This document shows positions 5,498-6,036 of a stretch of 6,036 bases of DNA, piece by piece. This stretch comes from a virus. How positions within the stretch are numbered: position 1 is the stretch's first letter; the number at the start of each line of letters is the position of its first letter. A program made the translations under genes and the position numbers. The notes beneath the pieces were generated by a model. That model was not told where the DNA came from. It saw only the letters and a program-made list of their open reading frames with translations, and did not search any database. The stretch is taken from IMG/VR virus record IMGVR_UViG_3300020041_000028, positions 1 to 6,036 of that record, one strand, 5' to 3'.

Positions 5498-5821
5498 ATG
5501 ACACAGATTCATGTTGTCGTCCGGCGAGTTAGTCCGGCTCTCAAGGTTGATCTCGCCCAGATAGGTCGTTTCAAAGATGGTCAGTTTGACCCGCTCCCTC
5601 TCGGCGCTGTTGCGAACACTCCTATTGCCCGTTTCTTGGAGAATTCGGATATCAGCGACTCGCTCTACGTCAACCACTCGAAAATAGCGGACCTCATTGC
5701 CGCCTGTGAAGAGCTTCCTGGCTTCGGCATCGAGTTTTTCGACAATACGTTGGTTCTCATGTTTGACTTTAATCTCAACTACGATGAAGGCGCGACGAAA
5801 GAAGAAGGGAAAGGGCACTAA
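5498..5821 (+). CDS. Hypothetical 107-aa acidic protein (ORFan to my eye)
   Basis: ATG start 11 nt after the previous stop. About 38% G at first codon positions (41 of 107, hand count). The antisense frame is also open, so the strand assignment rests on the ATG start and co-orientation with the other genes. Confidence 0.55.
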   Translation: MTQIHVVVRRVSPALKVDLAQIGRFKDGQFDPLPLGAVANTPIARFLENSDISDSLYVNHSKIADLIAACEELPGFGIEFFDNTLVLMFDFNLNYDEGATKEEGKGH

Positions 5822-5864
5822 AGTTGTGACCCGCCCGCTTGGTGGAAGAGTTCTTTAACACTGC

Positions 5865-5896
5865 GAACCTGTGGGAGACTCTTCTCCTGCAGGTTC
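5865..5896 (+). other. Strong 32-nt stem-loop, GAACCTGTGGGAGA-ctct-TCTCCTGCAGGTTC. Candidate end-of-operon terminator or ssDNA replication/packaging hairpin.
   Basis: Hand-paired: 5865-5878 pairs with 5883-5896, giving 12 Watson-Crick pairs plus 2 adjacent G-T (G-U in RNA) wobbles and a 4-nt loop. It starts 44 nt after the last + strand stop codon, inside the main non-coding region. Confidence 0.5.
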
Positions 5897-5915
5897 CTTC
5901 TCTACTATATATCCT

Positions 5916-6036
5916 CGAGCCGTTAAGAGCGCGGCGAGTAAGTGTTTCCGGAGCCGATGATATCGCGGACGCGAGATCGAGGCCCTGAAACAGCGCAGCC
6001 CGCTTAGGCTCGTGTTGCATAAAATATTTTTTAGCC
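5916..6036. repeat. Terminal redundancy, copy 2. Identical to 1-121.
   Basis: Same 121-nt string as at the start of the window. Confidence 0.95.

Noticed and set aside
1162-5818. Seven minus-strand ORFs of 72-160 aa: 1162-1380, 1381-1641, 1864-2091, 2722-3006, 4213-4695, 5067-5474 and 5483-5818.
   Set aside because: Each is in exact codon register with the + strand gene it overlaps; start coordinates modulo 3 match in every case. Such ORFs stay open whenever the sense gene avoids TTA, CTA and TCA. Of the three whose starts I checked, two begin with non-ATG codons (5067-5474 TTG, 5483-5818 GTG) and 5775-6020 is ATG; the other starts were not checked. Known Microviridae are transcribed from one strand only. 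I treat them as shadow ORFs.
5775-6020. An ATG-initiated 81-aa minus-strand ORF spanning the main non-coding region, divergent from ORF 122.
   Set aside because: An ORF of this length is expected a few times by chance in 12 kb of six-frame sequence. Its Arg codons include many AGA/AGG, unlike the CGT/CGC-preferring real genes. The product is low-complexity, it contains the 5865-5896 hairpin, and no promoter-like motif precedes it. It cannot be fully excluded without homology or transcript data.
1-6036. The identical 121-nt ends read as LTR or terminal repeats of a mobile element, or as a tandem duplication.
   Set aside because: The repeats are direct and perfect, and they enclose a complete, single-copy microvirus gene set with no integrase or transposase. 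A circular-contig overlap is the simplest explanation.

Overview
This window is one complete circular genome of a small ssDNA phage (family Microviridae) plus an assembly overlap. Bases 1-121 are identical to 5916-6036, so the real unit is 5,915 nt.

All convincing genes lie on the + strand and are tightly packed:
- a 66-aa ORF (122-322), joined by a TAATG stop/start overlap to the next gene
- the rolling-circle replication initiator, VP4/A-like (322-1392)
- the major capsid protein, VP1/F-like (1396-3186)
- a very acidic 98-aa protein (3199-3495)
- a 137-nt spacer (3496-3632) with 13-nt direct repeats, a terminator-like hairpin and possibly a 36-aa basic ORF
- a 63-aa prelipoprotein (3633-3824)
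- a VP2/H-like pilot protein (3826-5082)
- two ORFans (5166-5486, 5498-5821)
- a roughly 215-nt GC-rich non-coding region with a strong 32-nt hairpin, which wraps through the junction back to base 122

I recognise no tRNA, rRNA, CRISPR array, integrase or transposase. None of the nine start codons has a Shine-Dalgarno motif. One intergenic region has a good match to the Bacteroides-type promoter, so a Bacteroidota host is my inference.

The items most worth follow-up are the tiny lipoprotein gene (a lysis or exclusion candidate), the repeated TTCTTTACTTGAA motif (one copy resembles the phiX174 origin core), and the hairpin in the main non-coding region.

All functional calls rest on motifs recalled from memory; no database search was possible.
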